DNA from: Hemiscyllium ocellatum
Lineage: Eukaryota
Length of the DNA stretch: 64,000 bases
Direction of reading: 5' to 3'
Assembly (NCBI RefSeq): GCF_020745735.1
Contig: NC_083435.1
Span: 36,543,090-36,607,089 of the forward strand
The notes beneath the pieces were generated by a model. The model saw only the letters and a program-made list of their open reading frames with translations. It made no database searches and was not told the DNA's origin. This document shows positions 62,601-64,000 of the stretch, piece after piece. The translations under genes were made by a program, and so were the position numbers. The stretch's first letter is position 1; the number at the start of each line of letters is the position of its first letter.

Positions 62601-64000
62601 GTGACAGTCTCGTACCCCCCGCAACTGCTTCGAGGGCAGCGTGCGGTGCGGCTGAGAGTCCGGGCGCGCATAAAGGATCTCACAGGCAGAGCCCTTCTCA
62701 CCACCAGCCAAGCCATGTCTTGGTGCTTGTTGGAACGTTCTGGCGATGGGGCATTCTGCCAAATGGCTTTGACAGTCTGCTCAGGGAACCGCTCGACAGG
62801 ATCCGCCCTCTCCTTTTCCCGAAGGGTCTCAAGGACACTAGGTGCTGACCACTTCCTGATGGACTTGTGGTCAAAGGTGTTTTTCTTCATAAACTTCTCC
62901 ACGAAGGACAGGTGATACGGAACGGTCCAACAACTTGCAGCGTTCCGCGGCAGCGAGGCCAGGCCCATCCTTCACAACACCGGGGACAGGTAGAACCTCA
63001 GTACGTAGTGACACTTGGTGTTTGCGTACCGGGGATCCACGCACAGCTTGATGCAGCCACACACAAAGGTGGCCATCAGGGTGAGGGTGGTATTGGGTGT
63101 ATTTTTTCCCCCCGTTGCCCAGATCTTTGTATAGCGAGTCCCTTTTGACCTGGTCCATCTTTGACCTCCATATGAACTGGAAGATGGCCCAGGTGACTGC
63201 AGCGGCACAGGTTCTGGGAATAGGTCAGACCTATGCCACGTTTAATAGCAATGACAGTGCCTCACACTTGATGACCAGGTTTTTTCCTGCGATGGAGAGT
63301 GACCGTAGCTTCCATCTGCCCAGTTTCTGCCTCACTTTGCTGATACACTCCTCCAAAGACTTGGCGCACAACCCAGCCCCCCCCCCCACCCCCTGAACCA
63401 AATACCCAGCACCTTCAGGTGGTCGGTCCTGACGGTGAAGGGGATCGAGGATTGGTCGGCCCAGTTCAGGAAGAGCATGGCCTCGCACTTGCCTCGGTTT
63501 ACCTTGGCCCCCGAGGCCCATTCGTACTGGTCACAAATGCACATGAGTCTGTGCACGGACAGTGGATTCGAGCAGAAAACGGCGACGTCATCCATGTACA
63601 GGGAGGCCTAAACCTGCAGGCCCCCACTGCCAGGAATAGTCACCCCTCTCAGGCTCGCATCCTTCCTGATGGACTCAGTAAATAGCTCTATGCAGCACAC
63701 AAACAAGGCAGGAGAGAGAGGGCAGCCCTGCCTGACTCCAGATATGACTGGGAAGCTATCTGATTCCCACCCATTGATTGAGACTGCACTGACAATGTTG
63801 GTGTAGAGCAGTCTGATCCAATTGCAGATTCCATCCCCAAAGCCCATTTTGGAGAGAACATCTCTCATATACCTGTGTGATAGCCTGTCAAAGGCTTGCT
63901 CCTGGTCCAGGCTGATCAGGCAGGCGTCCAACCCTCTGTCCTGCACGTAGGCGATCGTATCCCTGAGGAGTGTGAGACTCTCAGCGATCTTCCTGCCCGG
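59649..64000. repeat. Near-identical direct copy of 24126-28478 (GPCR exon 1, satellite, Tx1)
   Basis: Colinear throughout with an offset of about 35.5 kb; differences are mostly 1-2-bp homopolymer indels. Confidence 0.97.
60461..60527 (-). other. Duplicate of GPR139-like exon 1 (T14M), with no exon 2 copy in the window
   Basis: MLEPFNSIRKTYYMALAAIGVP plus GTAAGT; differs from 24938-25004 by one substitution. Confidence 0.85.

Overview
Repeat-dense vertebrate genomic DNA, most consistent with a shark or other elasmobranch (inferred from the repeat families and gene types; species not determinable). Most of the window is fragmented CR1/L2 LINEs, Penelope-like elements (PLEs) carrying hammerhead-ribozyme motifs, a 5'-truncated Tx1 LINE, Gmr1/Gypsy LTR remnants, tRNA-derived SINEs and minisatellites. 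Host-gene content: (1) an apparently intact two-exon GPR139-like GPCR on the minus strand (exon 1 25004-24938, exon 2 19574-18664, 325 aa); (2) MHC class I-like alpha2 (48982-49257) and alpha3 (49375 to the N-gap at 49647) exons, with both alpha2 disulphide cysteines replaced, plus an orphan 33-bp class I-type cytoplasmic exon upstream at 42094-42126; (3) a very large inducible GTPase (GVIN/VLIG) pseudogene whose GTPase region is replaced by a Penelope element; (4) a second, decayed GPCR. There is also a gag-pol-less endogenous retrovirus (2226-4872) with both LTRs, PBS, PPT and an env TM remnant. Bases 59649-64000 are a near-identical copy of 24126-28478 just after a 13-N gap, probably an assembly false duplication. 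The best candidate for new biology is the cysteine-less-alpha2 nonclassical class I locus, whose completeness cannot be established from this window. Repeat boundaries were placed by eye and are approximate unless a junction motif is quoted.
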